Part shown: one piece after another, positions 1 to 13,940 of the stretch
Numbering within the stretch: the first letter of the stretch is position 1
How the letters are laid out: each line of letters opens with the position of its first letter
Origin: Utricularia gibba
Taxonomy: Eukaryota > Plantae > Magnoliophyta
DNA length: 64,000 nucleotides
Direction of reading: 5' to 3'
Assembly: GCA_002189035.1 (NCBI GenBank)
Contig: NEEC01000007.1
Span: 2,790,001 to 2,854,000 of the forward strand
The notes under the pieces: model-generated
What the model was told of the DNA's origin: nothing
Databases searched by the model: none
The model's input: the letters and a program-made list of their open reading frames with translations, nothing else
Translations under genes and position numbers: made by a program

Positions 1-654
1 TAACAAACGTATGATTAATATATAATATTGAACATAAAATAATATTTCATATTCTAATTATTACAAATTAGAAGAAATTGTATGTAACTTTAAAAAATCA
101 TTTATATTCATTACACAGAATATATATAGATTTATAAGATAGAGAACAAAAAAAGTATAAATATATTATTTTACAATTTTAATTTGTAAAATACATATTT
201 TTTATTTGAGTTGATAAAATACGAAAAAAATTATAAAATACATCAATTGATGTTTTTAATTTGTAAAATATATTCTTTTGCTTTTAGTTTGTATAATATA
301 TAATTTTATATTTTTTTGTTTACAAAATACATTTTAACATATTAAGTTTATTAATAAATGTAATTAACAATCAAAAATATATGAACACTTTTACAAAAAT
401 ATTTTTTATGAATGATATACCTTGTGGATTATTTGAACAGTACTATATGGTTGGTTGAATAAAAAATTCTTTCTATATTTTATTTTGATTAAACTATTAG
501 AAATGTATGAACATAACATATGAATGACTAATTCAAATATACTTAGATGATTAAATATTAAATGATGTCTCAATTTCTCTTTGATTAAATTGACTTCTTC
601 TTCATTTCCACACTTTCCAACTATATCCTATGTTTAGTTTACTCCAAGAATTTA

Positions 655-3610
655 TTGCACGCAATTACCATGTCGAATGTTTCAATCAGTACATTCTCTG
701 ACGGAAATATCATGAGAAATCAATATTTCAATTCTATTATATATGATTGTGAAGGCATAAAGGTGGTTCTAATGAAATCTACAATATCACTAGAATGGTT
801 TATCAAGATTTATGAGCATGAGATAAATATAATTTTAAATTTTCATTTTATTCATATGAAAATAATATTTTATGATTTCAACACTCACAACTTCAATTTC
901 TTATTGATTTAGGATGAAGCCGAGCTACGGTACAACTTCAATCCATTAAACTCACAATACGATGTATACTTGTATATTATTGACGATAGCATGGATCAAA
1001 ATGTTTCTTCTAGTTTTGTCATAAGTACAATATTTTAAGAATATGATTTTATTTTGATTTTTAACGCATTAAAACTGCAAATTTATATTATATTATATTA
1101 TATATATATATATTAAATTTTTAATATATAATGATATAAATACTTATTATAGGATTATGTAATATTTTATTAATACACACGATTCATTAAATTCACAGTT
1201 ACATTATCAATATACTAGCATGTCATGTTAATATGATGATAATATTTCTTTTTTTCATTAATGATTAACTTAAAATACTTAGATAATTGATTTTAAAAAC
1301 TAATTTATTATTAATATCAAGTTAATTTGCATAAACGAAGAATAATTTCCATGAAAATAATAATTATGAAAATAAAATTTGTAAAAAGATTTGAGGATTT
1401 TAGTAATAAAATATTGATATAAAAGTATAAACTATTTTAGATAATTAAAAAAATTAATAACTATTTAGATTAAAAAAAAATTATTAATTTACAATAGGAA
1501 AATTATTAATTTTGAGAATTGTTCCTAATTATTCATTTTTCTAATAATTTTTCATGAATAACAATTACTTAATTGATTCGATACCAATAATATTTCAATG
1601 AAAAATACTATCAAAATTTGTACAACTCGCTTTCATCGTTTTACACACAATGAGATTTAGGCTCGTTTGAGTTTCCACATCCTTAACCATTCGAGCTACA
1701 TGACGAAAACACTCCTTTCGTCAATGACCCCATGGAGGAGGATTAGGAATTTTAGAGTACAACGACGATAAAAATTTAGATTATACTGTAGATACTACCA
1801 AGAGTGACTCCAATAATGAATTCAACTTGATATCAAAGGAGGTGGCTATGGCAATAGGCGCATTGCACGACGGAGACATAGGTGATGCACTCCTTGTTTG
1901 GGTAAATGACAATGAAGCAATTTTTTATGACTTGGAAGAAAGTCTCTCCATAGATTATTACAATCGAATCCCACTTAAAGATATACAACAAGCAAAGGGT
2001 ATGTATCTACATGAGGATATCCATTTTAATTATAAACAAGGTCTCATGGATGAAGTGGTGAGATATTATGTCTCAGTGGCACAACGAGAGTTCAAGATAT
2101 ATAAGAGTGACTCAAAAAATTATTCTATCTTCTATTGACAAATAGCAAATGGAAACAGTAATTGCTCATTTGCACTGTAAGGGGGACCCCAGCCAAAAGA
2201 CGAATACTTGGAAGATTACAACGTTGATGGAGTCACATACCTGCTTGAAACCGTACTTGAAAGCCACACTGACTGTAAAATGGGTGCATTTGATTATAAA
2301 AAACAAGTGGGGGTACGAGATTAGCAAGTGGCAGGGTTGTGCTTGACGCTACGATCTTGGGGAGAAGTCTATGATAGAGCTACCACGGTATATGGAAGAG
2401 GTTTGTTATAGAATTCTAGACACTATGGTCGACTGAGGTGATGATGCACAACCTAGCTAAGACCCACATTATCAAAGGTCGATTTTTCCATGTATTTGGC
2501 TTTTCGATAAGAGCCTTCGCCTATGCCCATCCTATGTTGTGTGTCGATGGCACACATCTTTACGATTGCTATGACTACAAGATATTTGTTGCGGTTCCTG
2601 TTGATAGGAGCAACAAGATCTATCATGTCACTTACACCTTCATTAGAAGCGAGAGCGAGGAGGATTGGACGTGGTTTTTTAGACTGCTGGGAATGCATAA
2701 TGTTCAAGACAGAAAAGGAGTGTGTATCGTAAGTGATTGAGTAACAAGCATATTGGGGGCATATAGGAACTACAAGGAACGGTTTCTCCATTACAGTGTA
2801 TGCCATTTTTTACAATTGGTACCTCTGCAAAAATGTTCAGATACATATTGGAAGTCGATCGAAGGGTGTGTCCAATATCGTGCATAAGATTTCTTTTGTC
2901 AAGAATGACGTAGATTTTCAAAATGCATGGAACCACTTGAAGTAGACTACATTTTTTGGAGGATTCCATTTAATAAATGGACATTGTTATATGATAGAGG
3001 ACGCATGTTAGTATTTGTTAGATTATTTTTTAAAATTATGAATTTGATATTGCATCACAAATTATATTGTTTACAAACATAATGTGCAGCCATAGCATAA
3101 TGACTACCAATCCCATAGAAGTTCTGAACGGTGCCTTTAGGAAAGCTTGAAGCTTACCTCCAACCCAAATTCCCAAGGTATCACGACATAGGATAGTGTT
3201 TGATCCTCTATACTATCAACCTTTTATCTTCGAAAAAGGAAGAGAGTATTTTGAGAAATACCGAGCAGTAAAAGTGAGGAGACATAGAGAGGACATACGT
3301 TTTGAGAGATTGGTAGAGGAAGTGGATTGAGAGGAAGCGATTATGATGCAATTCATACAATACATTGTGTATGATGCTAAAAACTAGGTGGCATACATCA
3401 TAGAAGACACATCATACTCATCTCAATCCCAAAGGGTGCACATTGTCGAGAAAGAGTGTGCATGTGGGATTTGGAACATAGACCGTTACCCTTGTCGTTA
3501 TGAGCATAAGGTGAAAGTACATTATTCATTATATCGTTTTTTCCTATGGTCTAAATGTATTTATTACGTGCAGTTCCTTCATAAATTTTGTATCAATCCA
3601 AGGACTTGAA
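655..3610 (+). mobile_element. Degenerate Mutator (MuDR/MULE) transposase relic
   Basis: Fragmented ORFs with Mutator motifs in the expected order: WKITTLMESHTC (2149-2346), CVDGTHLY...IFVAVPVD...SESEEDWTWFF of the MULE transposase domain (2438-2740), and SWIM-like ECACGIWNIDRYPC (3388-3609). Many stops and frameshifts; TIRs not identified. Confidence 0.8.
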
Positions 3611-5393
3611 CCTCAATATACTACCTTGTAACCATAATGGTTAATATGTGTCAAGGTAGCATTAATCCGGTAAGAGATGAGAGTGAATGGGGGATCCACA
3701 ACCTTTCAGCTCCTAGTTGACCTAGCACATTACTGAGTCATCGTTAACCGAACACAATCAATGTGGGACAAGGGACCATGGGATTTTGAGCAAAGAGCAC
3801 CAAGATTTGAGGTGACACCAGAAAGGAATGAAGCCTCACCTAACGTCATTCGCAACCAATCAATGCAACAACATGAACTAATAGATTCACATAACAACGC
3901 ACCGAGGCATTCGAGGAGACACTGAGATGCAAGTCAAGGACCGAGTTCGATTGATTTTAATGCTCATCCTCCAAGCCAGGACTATGGATATACACCTTTG
4001 TTCAAAGAGTCTTTCGTATATCCAATCATTTCTTACAGTGAGGTGCCACATTCTAGGCAAAATAGCACATTACTGTCACGGGATACAACAAATCGGAAGG
4101 CTCATCATTCAGACATGCATCGTACGAGGGTCTCAAATTGGGCCTTGCTCTACAACCCACCTTGACAGCACCATGTGATTTAATATCACATCTCTTCTAG
4201 GCTCCGCAATTAGTGGGCATCACAGCTTCTAGGAATTCGATATCATATCTTTTAGGGCATCTGCAACTAGAGAGCGGCACTAGTACTAACATTGGCACCA
4301 GAGGAAGAAGGGCCTCGTGAAACTTATTGAAAATAAAATAAGTAATACGTTCAAAAATAAATAAATATTTTCAATCTATCTAAAATATATAGTTGAATGC
4401 TAGATACAGTTTTTAAAATATTGATTTAGAGTCGACCAATAAAAAATACTATTTTATATTGATCGAAAACAAAATAAAAATTAAAAAAATAGAAATACAT
4501 GAAAATGTATTTTTCAAATAAAAAACGTAAAAATATGTATATCACCAACTCAAACGGCACAGAACATCGGGCTCCAACTGAAAATGTAGTCAACTGACTG
4601 ATGATCCCACTTGAATTGCGGCAAGTGAACGGGTGTTAGGAGGTTCATGCGGTAGTGACAAGTAAAGTGGATTCATTTATAAATTTGATTATTCTATTTT
4701 TTTATATCTTAAGATAAAAATTTCATATTATTATATGATAAATATATAATAAAATGGTCATATTTTTAAAAACCCCACTCGAGACTATGCAATGCTAGTA
4801 AATATTGTAATTCAACGATCGACGGACAACTATGGAATTAAAATGTTGAAAAGGACATTTAAGTCTTTTTCGGTACAAGACTGAGTTTACCATGTGTCGC
4901 CGACGTATGATCCAAAAACTGGAATTTTGCAAAAATTATTTTATTTTATTTTATCATATATCGCCCTAGATGAAATTTTGTCCGTTAGGTGCCCATACAA
5001 AAATAATATGCTCTGAGTTAGTTGTTTTATTTTGGTGCGAAAGTTGGTACACAGGATGTGGGGCCCGCCCTCTACCCCCTTAAATGTCACACAGAATAAA
5101 AAAAATTTAATTAATCATTTTAATGCAGTCCAACAATTAGATAATTAGGTTTTTTGAATAAAAAATTATATTTGATGGTTTTCGGAAAAAAACTAAAACT
5201 GATCCAAGTTTACGTTCGTTCGTTCGGCAGCCGTGTGGTATATATATACATATATTGTTAATTTGTTTTGTTTTCAAAAATGGAATTACGTGAACTTGTT
5301 CATGTCATTTAACCCACGCAACTCGTTTCTTCTTGTTTCATGTACAAGAGTCGCTCACATCACAATACAGTACACCAAGTCACAAGTCTTCTC

Positions 5394-5939
5394 TCAGCCC
5401 GACTCGCGGCTGCGCTTCGCATTCTCCTTTGCACAGGCCATGATGTTCTTGTCTGCCGCGATGAAGTACGCCGCCATCGACGCTGCACGTGCAATTGAAA
5501 ATACGATCGGAGTCACAAACAAGATGAAACGATGATAACGAGGTTCGCAACCGAACAAACTCGATTACCAGACGAGACAATGAGCGCTTGCGCCGCGTAG
5601 TTGAGATTAGCCCTAGCCCAGGGGATTTGCCTCACAGATATCACCTAAAATTATACACCAAATTGTCAAGATCAGGATCGAGTGAAGCCAGATTGTTTCG
5701 TTTATTTACCGTGGGTACAGCGCTGGCTACGAACGCCGCCGCAGCGGCCTTTGCTCCGACACGAACACTCTCTACAAAAACACATCAAAAAAAAAAAAAA
5801 ATCAAACGAGAACCAAGGAGAGACAGAATCGCGAGTTGGACAGACCTATGCCGCACTTCCTGGACAGCAGAAGCTTCTCGTCTTCGATCGGAGAAGGGAG
5901 AGAGAATGAGCGTCTGGCATTTGCGAAAAACTCCTGCAT
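5394..5939 (-). CDS. Early nodulin-93 (ENOD93)-like protein, 4 exons (5939-5846, 5771-5710, 5644-5569, 5482-5394)
   Basis: GT-AG splicing gives an intact protein MQEFFANARRSFSLPSPIEDEKLLLSRKCGIESVRVGAKAAAAAFVASAVPTVISVRQIPWARANLNYAAQALIVSSASMAAYFIAADKNIMACAKENAKRSRESG*. IPWARANLN..AQALI and AAYFI.ADK are ENOD93 family motifs. Confidence 0.9.
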
Positions 5940-7619
5940 TCTGAAATTGGGATGCGAAAAACGAAAGTTACCGATTAGTGTTTCTGGTGTGGACTGTGGA
6001 GAAATGAATGACATTTATAGAGGGGTTAGAGGTACGGATATCGAGATTTGGTGGGAGGCAGCTCATGGTAAAGATGTAATCCGCGGCGCACACAACGTCG
6101 CCTGTCCTTGTTTCGTAGGGAACGGTGTGGGCTGTTTTAGTGGTCACACCATTAAATCACTTCATTTTCTCGTGTTATATCTCACATTTTCCTCGCGTGG
6201 ATCCCCAGATTTTGGAATTTTTTATTTAATATACATTGCAAAATATCGATGGCAGATTTCATTTTTTCGTTTTAAAATATTCATTTATTTTATTTTTCAC
6301 AATTTTTACAAGAGGATTTATTTACACCATAAAAGTGGCCTTTATGTGTCATTCTCCAATCTACCAAGAGCGGCCAACCTGTTACTATATTTTCATATTG
6401 TTTATGACAGGTCAACATTGGAGCTGTAAATGCTACTTTGAAATGGCAAAAGTACTGGTTTTTGAAAAAATCAACGAATAACCGACTTGGAGTTGGTAAA
6501 CTAATTTAATTAATTATATATTTAAAACTATATTATATTTGATATATAAACATATATATATTTAGAATAAATCTAACAAAAAATAAACTTCATTTAATTA
6601 AGAAAACTGATGTGGGAGAAGAATAGCTTCAAAATTGTTGACAGTATTCTGCAATTATTCGATATATCACTTGTTTAGTAGGAAACACAAATATTAAATA
6701 AACATGATCTCACACGTATGTATGTTTAGAATCAAACAAATCTAACAAATATGTCCTTAATTTTTAATTTGATCTGAAATTAAGATGATTTTCTACACGT
6801 CTTTTTTGAATTATTTTTTTTTTTAAATCATAAGAATGTGTGTGTCATTAGAACAATAAATACTTATCTTTTTTTAAAAAAAAATTTCTCACTTATTCTT
6901 CATTCATTCCCGGGAATGAGATCGATACGGCTTTGTATATTCTTATTATAACTTCTTCCTAAAAATAGTAAATAAATTTAGAAGCATTAAATAAACTATG
7001 GAAATAGAAGCGTTAAATATCAAATATAATTGATTTGATATTTAGAAGCGTTAAACATATAATATAATACCATATATTATAGTTAATGCCAAATGAATCT
7101 TAAACTCAAAGATTTCTAATTTTTAAGTCATCAAAGTCTAACATGGGCGTTTATAATTATTTAATAAATTGATTTTAATCGATATTTAGATTATGATGAT
7201 TGAATTATTATTAATAAACTTTAATATAGAAAATAAATATATCATTTTATGTATTCTTTAATATAGTGGGGATGATATGGACTCAGAATCTTGATGACAT
7301 CACCATACTCAATGGCAACAAATATTTTATGAATAATTTTAAAAAATAAAAAAAAAAAGTGAATTGCTTGTGGAACCAATGGTTAATTACCTAGAAGCTA
7401 TTACCCTATGCCTAGGGCACATAGATGATGGACCCCATATCTTTTACTTAGGCCTGCATTAATTGATCCATTATGTAGTAATAATTAATTCCATAGACTA
7501 TGGTGTTTTGCTTGGAGAGTAAAGTTAAGTTGATATCAATTTTTTTGGTGCCACATGTTTAATAATAACATCGCATTATACTTTTTTTATTCTAACAAAA
7601 AAGGAAAACAATAAACATT

Positions 7620-7835
7620 TGGGCCGGGATGGCCCACCCAACCTTGTTATTGTCTGTTAACTGATGAGTCTCTGTTAATGGGCCCATGGGAACGGACACA
7701 TGAAGCTCTGATTCAGAAATCTCTGTCGTGGGCTGGGGAGGCTGCAACTTGAGCTTCCCCTCTGGTTGGGCGACGACTCGCGCCGCCCAATTCAGGATCT
7801 TGTTTTCGGTAACTCATCAGTGAATGGTTGGACAT
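7620..7835. other. GC-rich, hairpin-rich non-coding island of unknown function
   Basis: Local GC rise inside an AT-rich desert. Inverted repeat ACTGATGAGT (7660-7669)/ACTCATCAGT (7812-7821); stems GGGGAGGCT/AGCTTCCCC (7735-7760) and TTGGGCG/CGCCCAA (7766-7790); several TGGGCC/GGCCCA site II motifs. Confidence 0.45.
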
Positions 7836-10800
7836 TTTCTTAAGTGCAAAATTTCAAATAAGAATAGTAATAATAAAGTTTTAAAATTCCGGATTTAATG
7901 CGAGAAATTCTTTTACTTTTATATAAAAAAATACTTCAATCTGATTATCATGACATTTGATTGAGTTGAACGTACTTGTAATTTCTCTTGAGTAATGAAT
8001 TTTATACTTTATTTTTGTTATACACAAAAATTTAGTGTATGATTTGTCGCCAATGTATTTTTTTTTAATAATGAGAAGGTAAAAAATTTTGATATTTATA
8101 CTTTTATTAGTAGAAATGTATAAACACGCGTTCTTAATAGTTAAAACTATTCATTATTATGTTATTAGTATTGATGTTGATAATGGATATTTTAGTAAGA
8201 TTCAATATAATTTTTTTAAAAAATATATTTTTATTAATTTTGGAATTCACTAGTAAAACATGGTTGTGAAATGAATCGATTTTATACTGATCCTGTTTTA
8301 CATCTCAAGTTGAAAACATAGATCTCAACATTCAAATAGTCCAATAGAAAAGAACAGAAGAACACCATGATTATAAATTAAATCTCAAATAGTCCATTTA
8401 ATCTCTCTAAAATCCAATGCTTTGTCCATGAAAAAAATGTGCATACATATTCATGCCCAATCTTTATCATAATTAGAGATGTTCATGGGTCGAATTCAAT
8501 CCAGTATCGAAAGGGTCAAAGACCCAACACAATCAAACATATGGATAATCAATTGTGATCCAATTTCAGAATGGAAACATCAGTGACTTTAATCTCAATT
8601 ATTTTTCTTTTGTTAGAATTCAAATGATAAATGAGCGTTGTCAACTTTAAATAATATATGTATTATTTCATAAAAACACATTTTTTATATAAATTACATA
8701 ATTGATCTTATATAAATTTTCTTACATAATAATTAAAAATTATTTTATGGGTTGGTATAACAGGGTTCCTAAGAAATTAAATTTGAGTTTGAACCATAAC
8801 TTTGTTCTAGTGATTGTTAAAAAGTTTCGTTTCAAATTTGAAAATGAGAGCACTCTTTAAAAAAAGTAATCATTGAATTGGATACCATATTAAGATACTT
8901 TTCAATTATTAGAAGAAAAGCAACAATATTGAATGAAAAAAAGAGGAATTAAAACCAAAAGGAAAGAAGAATATGAATAATTTTTTAAAATGCAACTCCG
9001 TGCTTCTCATAAAACTAGAAAAATTAGTTAGTTGTGTGATAAATGAAAACTTTGATATCATTGTAAAAAATTAATTTTTATATCAAATAAATTAATATAC
9101 TCTAATTCTCACAAATTACACATTAAACATAAAATTTATAGTACATTTTGAGATCAAATACAATTAACTAATGATTGTAGTATAAAAATAGAATATAGAG
9201 TTATAGAATGATTGCACTTTAAGCTCTAAACTTAACTAAAAATTGTGTACAAAATTAGTAAACAAAATTAGAGAAAGCAATACTGTGATTAATTAAATGT
9301 AAATTAACTGAACTAAGAATGCAGATGCCTCAATGGTTTTAGGGAACATCATCGCTCGGTTTTTGGAATATAAACTTTAAAGTGTTGTCTAATATCTAGA
9401 TGGTGATATAACCCTCTAATAGATAGAGATTAGCAATCCTTGAATATCATGAAATTTAATGTTTAAAAAGAAACTCATTCAAGTCTACATTTCAAAGAAT
9501 GAATCTTTTATAACGAATTAAAACGGAAAATAATGAGCCGCATTTAAGATAAAGAATTGGAATTAATAAGTCTTGCATACCACAAATTCAAAAACTTGTA
9601 AGTAAACATTATTCAAATACATAAAGAAAAAGAAATTTCTCATAATACTCATGAAGTAAGTTAAAAGTTTCTCAAATAGTATATCTCTAAAGTATTTATA
9701 TTCTAGAATTGCATTTTAACATTACAAAATTCAAACCAAATAAAAAAAAAAACTATCAAGTCCAATAATAAATATCAATGATGGTAACATGTTTTAGATT
9801 CTAAGGTAAATCTACTTTAAATTAGTTGATCATTTTTTGTAACAATATTTTAAAATCAACTTCTAACTTAATATGGTTAAGTAGATTCTTGAATATAGTT
9901 TTAATCTTATTATTATTATTATAATAATTAATCTAAATGGAATTATCTTACTATCCAAAATATCCATTTACGTAATATCTTAAACAATTTTTAAATGTTC
10001 ATCATCAGGATTCATTAAGTGGTATATATTTACTTGGATCAATTTTTATGATCTTTTAATTTTCATTTTCCCAAGTTTCGTAAACCATTTTACATTTGGG
10101 TCTAACATGTAAGATAAACAAAAGTAGATCTATTCAATCCAATTGATCTCTATTTAAGAAAATCTAATTATATACCTATATCCAAACTTTTTCAATTACA
10201 TCTACTTGGAATCATCTAGGTTCGATATTATTCCTCTTTTACTCCAATTGAATCTTCCTTGCAATATTGAGAAAACTACGAATAAGCACGTTCAAGTTTT
10301 GATTTCTACTTTAAACTAACATACACCTCATATTTTTCTAAGACACCACACTAAAATTCAACCACTCATAAATAAATTAAACAAGACAGATTCATAAACT
10401 GAAAGTAAAAAAATATCTATAGTTACAACTTCAAAATTAGAAAAGAAAACATAAAATTTCATTATGCATAATAAAATATAATTTAATTCTAAATTTTCCA
10501 TCAGCTAGATTTAGGGGTGAAAGAGTTCAAATAGAAGTCTCCTCGTGAATCGTTTTCTTTCCTCTTCTTGGGATTCTCGTCTAGTTGTATGATCCCCTTG
10601 TAAAAGATACTTTCAACCTATTTAATTTCTTTTATTTTTCAAAATATGTTATTGTCACTTAGATTCATAGTACTTTTGGCATGAATCTTGAGATTATGCA
10701 CGGCTAAAATGACCTTTTATATCCTTTCTCGTGTGACATGCTCCATCGACTTGATACATATAAGCAAGGTCTGATTTGTTATCCAATTCTATTTCTAATA

Positions 10801-11299
10801 CTAAACCATATATTAATAAAAACAAGGTAAACTAAATTAATAAACTCAGTCCATTTTTATGAATAAAATTACAAATAATATTAATTTCACTAAAATAGTT
10901 AAAATCATATATAAAACACATAAATTACAACAAAAAATAGTATTTTTATGTTATAAAGACACTAATAAAATGTGTGTTATCAACTTATAATAAAATAAGT
11001 ATTAAACTAGATCAAATAGAAGTTAAAGCAAAAGAATATCCTAAAATTATTTCTAATAACTTCTTTGATATTCTAATTTCATGATTGAAGTAATCCATTA
11101 CAAAAGAGAAGTAACAATTTCCAAGAAATGCATCTTCCCTAATTCTTTTAAGTCCACATAAATCCATTTGATAGTTACAAAGTATGTTTTGGATTGGTTC
11201 ATGTTCAAATTCAAGAAAATTAGTTTGGTGATTAGAGCTTTCAAGAAATGCAAGTACCCCCTGCTCTATGAAATCCAATTTTTGTTAATTAAAAAGGAA

Positions 11300-11700
11300 C
11301 TTTCATGCATACAAGTTCATTCTATATGGAGTCACTTGGAGATGAGTGATCATAGATACCACTCAAAAAAAGTTACTATATAAATGCAAATGAGGCCATT
11401 GACTCCAAATTTCTGGCATTGCAACTAATCACAACAACCACTAATTGTCCATTTGGGCAAGTTTATATGGGAATAATTTTGAGGTTTTTAAAAGCAATTT
11501 TAGATGTTTGAACTTCTTTTAGATAACAAAAACTCCAATATTTATGCCTTTATGTGGACCAAAATGAATTTTGGAGGAGATGGCGTTTGGATGATCATGA
11601 AATTGATTTCACACTCACATGATGTTTATGTTACTTTTAGCTTTTCTAAATGTATATTGGTTTACACAATTCCTTCTGATACAAATTATATTTGAAAAAA
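11300..11700 (+). mobile_element. Possible Mutator/FAR1-type N-terminal domain relic
   Basis: Short + strand translations TTTNCPF and AFMWTKMNFGGDGVWMIMKLISHSHD resemble the C.A.M.VK...DGKW.I.KF...HNH end of the FAR1 DNA-binding domain. Heavily degraded. Confidence 0.25.
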
Positions 11701-12768
11701 TATTTCAGAAATGATTATAATAAAATTTTAAATTTAAAATAAAAAATTAATATATATTTAAAAGTGTTTTTTAAAAATGAATATTATTGTATAAATTCAT
11801 GTAATATAAAAAAATAAAGGTAATCTTTATAAGTAAAGACATAGTTACTAATATCTATTAGTAATTATATATTATAAATTTATAAATAATATAAATTATG
11901 CATATTATATAAATATTTTTACAAATTTATAAATCATATTTTATATTATGACTATAATTGAAATATGTTTGTATTAAAATTATACTACTAAAATTCAAAT
12001 AATAAATATAAAAATGAAGTGAATTTATTACATTATTACAAATATAATAAATAATTTATTTAAAAATAAATATTAATGTAATTTTTATATAAAATATAAT
12101 TGTAAATTCATATATCAAAATAATTTTTTTAAATCAATTCTTATAGAGAATATACTTCAACAATTGTAGTAGATAGAAAACTGAAGTTATTATCAAAAAT
12201 CATTTATTGTAAGAGATAATTTGGTATAAATTTGAAAAGTAGAATCAATTCAATGACAATAATGTTGATTTTGTGATAATTAAATTGATTTTCAATGTAT
12301 ACTACTCATTTACACAATTCCCCCTAATGCATTTGTCCGTACGAGAGGGCGGTATAGCTCCCTTGATATTCATTTTTGGCGGGCATTGTATGATGGCCTA
12401 CGCTATTACACCATCCAATCTGTCTAAGAAGTCACAAGATGGTGTATTTATTTCAAGTCATTTACAAAAATGACCATTGTCACGTCTTGTTTCACATAAT
12501 TAGACAAAAAATATATATATATATACTTAAGGTGATCATTTTTTTCATACAATATTTGACACTATTATACATTAAATATTTTTTAAAATGGGTTTTCCGC
12601 AATTGATGCAAGGGAAGAATATTTAGGTTTTAAAGGTATCATCACTAGATAATCTTTGTCTGGAAACATAAGTCAAAGAAGCATAGAACACACACACACG
12701 TACATATGCAAGAGACCGGTGCACCTTTACCGATCTGATAAAGGAGACAACAACACCATCTGCGGATT

Positions 12769-13530
12769 TCAAAAGCCTCCAATGGGCATGCAATGTAGTC
12801 TTTCTATTTCAATAGAGAGAGCAGTTTCGGCTTTGACAAAGCTGGCTATTTCCTTGGCCAGGGCTCTATTAACCTGTTGCAGCTGCAAGTGTTCTTAGAT
12901 TGGCGTGCTGCAAATGGCAGCATCAAATGTTTTGGAGGAGATTTTGGTGCTTTGCCAAAGCTGAAGTTTAGTGAATCAGCTCAAATAGAGCTGAAAAAGC
13001 CAGACACAACGCCATCATCCAGCACATGAAGGGGGATGAACACCCAGTACCTCTTCAGCTCTTGAGCTCAACTCCTCCATCCACTTCTTCTCAAGGCTAG
13101 AATGCTGGATGAATGCAGCAGAACAGGGTGCCAGAGAATGCAAATTCTACTTCTTCTTCCCATCTGCCTACCGGGAAATCACCTTTTCGTGGGGCGACAT
13201 CAAAAGCACCTGCATTGCACACCACACACACACACTTGTGTGAGTCATCATCATGCATCAGTTTTTCCCAGGAGGGTACTGCGAAAGGCGTCAAAGGGAC
13301 CCGCTCTGTGAAACCCTATTCTCTTTAAGGGAATCGGAAACCCAGCGAACATGCAATAGATTTCAAGGAAGTAGATGGGCGCCATGGAAGAATTCATGTT
13401 CAAGCTCATGGTAATGGCGGTCATTGGTCAACATCCAATAGATTTCTTCTCTTTTTGCAATTGAATATTCTTCTCTGGTCTTTTGTCGTTTCTGAGAGAT
13501 TCGTTGGAATATTCGGTGGCGTGCCGGCAT
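12769..13530 (-). pseudogene. Putative three-exon gene relic (13530-13342, 13209-13051, 12960-12769), family unidentified
   Basis: Phase-0 compatible GT-AG introns of 132 and 90 nt join a frame with four internal stops. The C-terminal part is helical/coiled-coil-like (SLEKKWMEELSSRAEE-LWQSTK...EHLQLQQVNRALAKEIASFVKAE). No family recognised. Confidence 0.3.
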
Positions 13531-13940
13531 GCGTATTTGAAAATATCATACGCCACTGGATCGCTTCAAAAGTAAAGAAAACGACACCAATCGAAATTCC
13601 ACTATTTTCATCAAGCAATCACAGAGGCGCATCAGTCCGAAAGTGATGGAAAATCACACCCATTGATGAGCTACCGCCAGGACCCCAAACCAGCAGCGCG
13701 CCACAGTCCCCGGACCCCATGGTTAGTTGGCGTCGCGCCACTTGTTTCCTCCTCTGTGGATCCACCAATAAATACTCTTTCCTTTCTTCCTTTCTTTGCG
13801 TACCGTTTTTTCATTTCATGGCATGCGCTTTTTCCTTGCAATTCTCGAAGAAAATCCTCTGAGCCAGGAATCGGATTCGCCCGACTTCAGTTTTCCTCTG
13901 AGGAATCCGCCTTTTTTGTCCTCGGAGCGACACCGCAGGT

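Noticed and set aside
3759-3769. USE-like GTCCCACATTG (minus strand) suggesting an snRNA gene
   Set aside because: Mismatch to consensus, no TATA at the proper spacing, lies inside a Mutator relic.
5836-6429. 197-aa + strand ORF
   Set aside because: Overlaps ENOD93 exon 1 and promoter in antisense; Phe/Ile/Tyr-rich tail typical of AT-rich noise.
7643-7830. Functional hammerhead ribozyme or viroid-like element
   Set aside because: Core words are present, but helix II is only 1 bp on the minus strand, GAAA does not follow helix II on the plus strand, and helix III/NUH geometry fails. Kept only as a structured island.
7700-7830. U11/U12 snRNA-like words (TCTGTCGTG; ACTGATGAGTTACCGAAAA)
   Set aside because: The U12 branch-pairing GTAAGG, the U11 5' end, a clear Sm site and a USE/TATA promoter are all missing.
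8470-8800. hAT-type MITE starting TAGAGATGTTCATGG
   Set aside because: No matching opposite terminus or 8-bp TSD found.
12895-13365. All four stops in the relic look like C-to-T changes
   Set aside because: Uninformative: every stop codon starts with T and is one C-to-T step from CAA, CAG or CGA.
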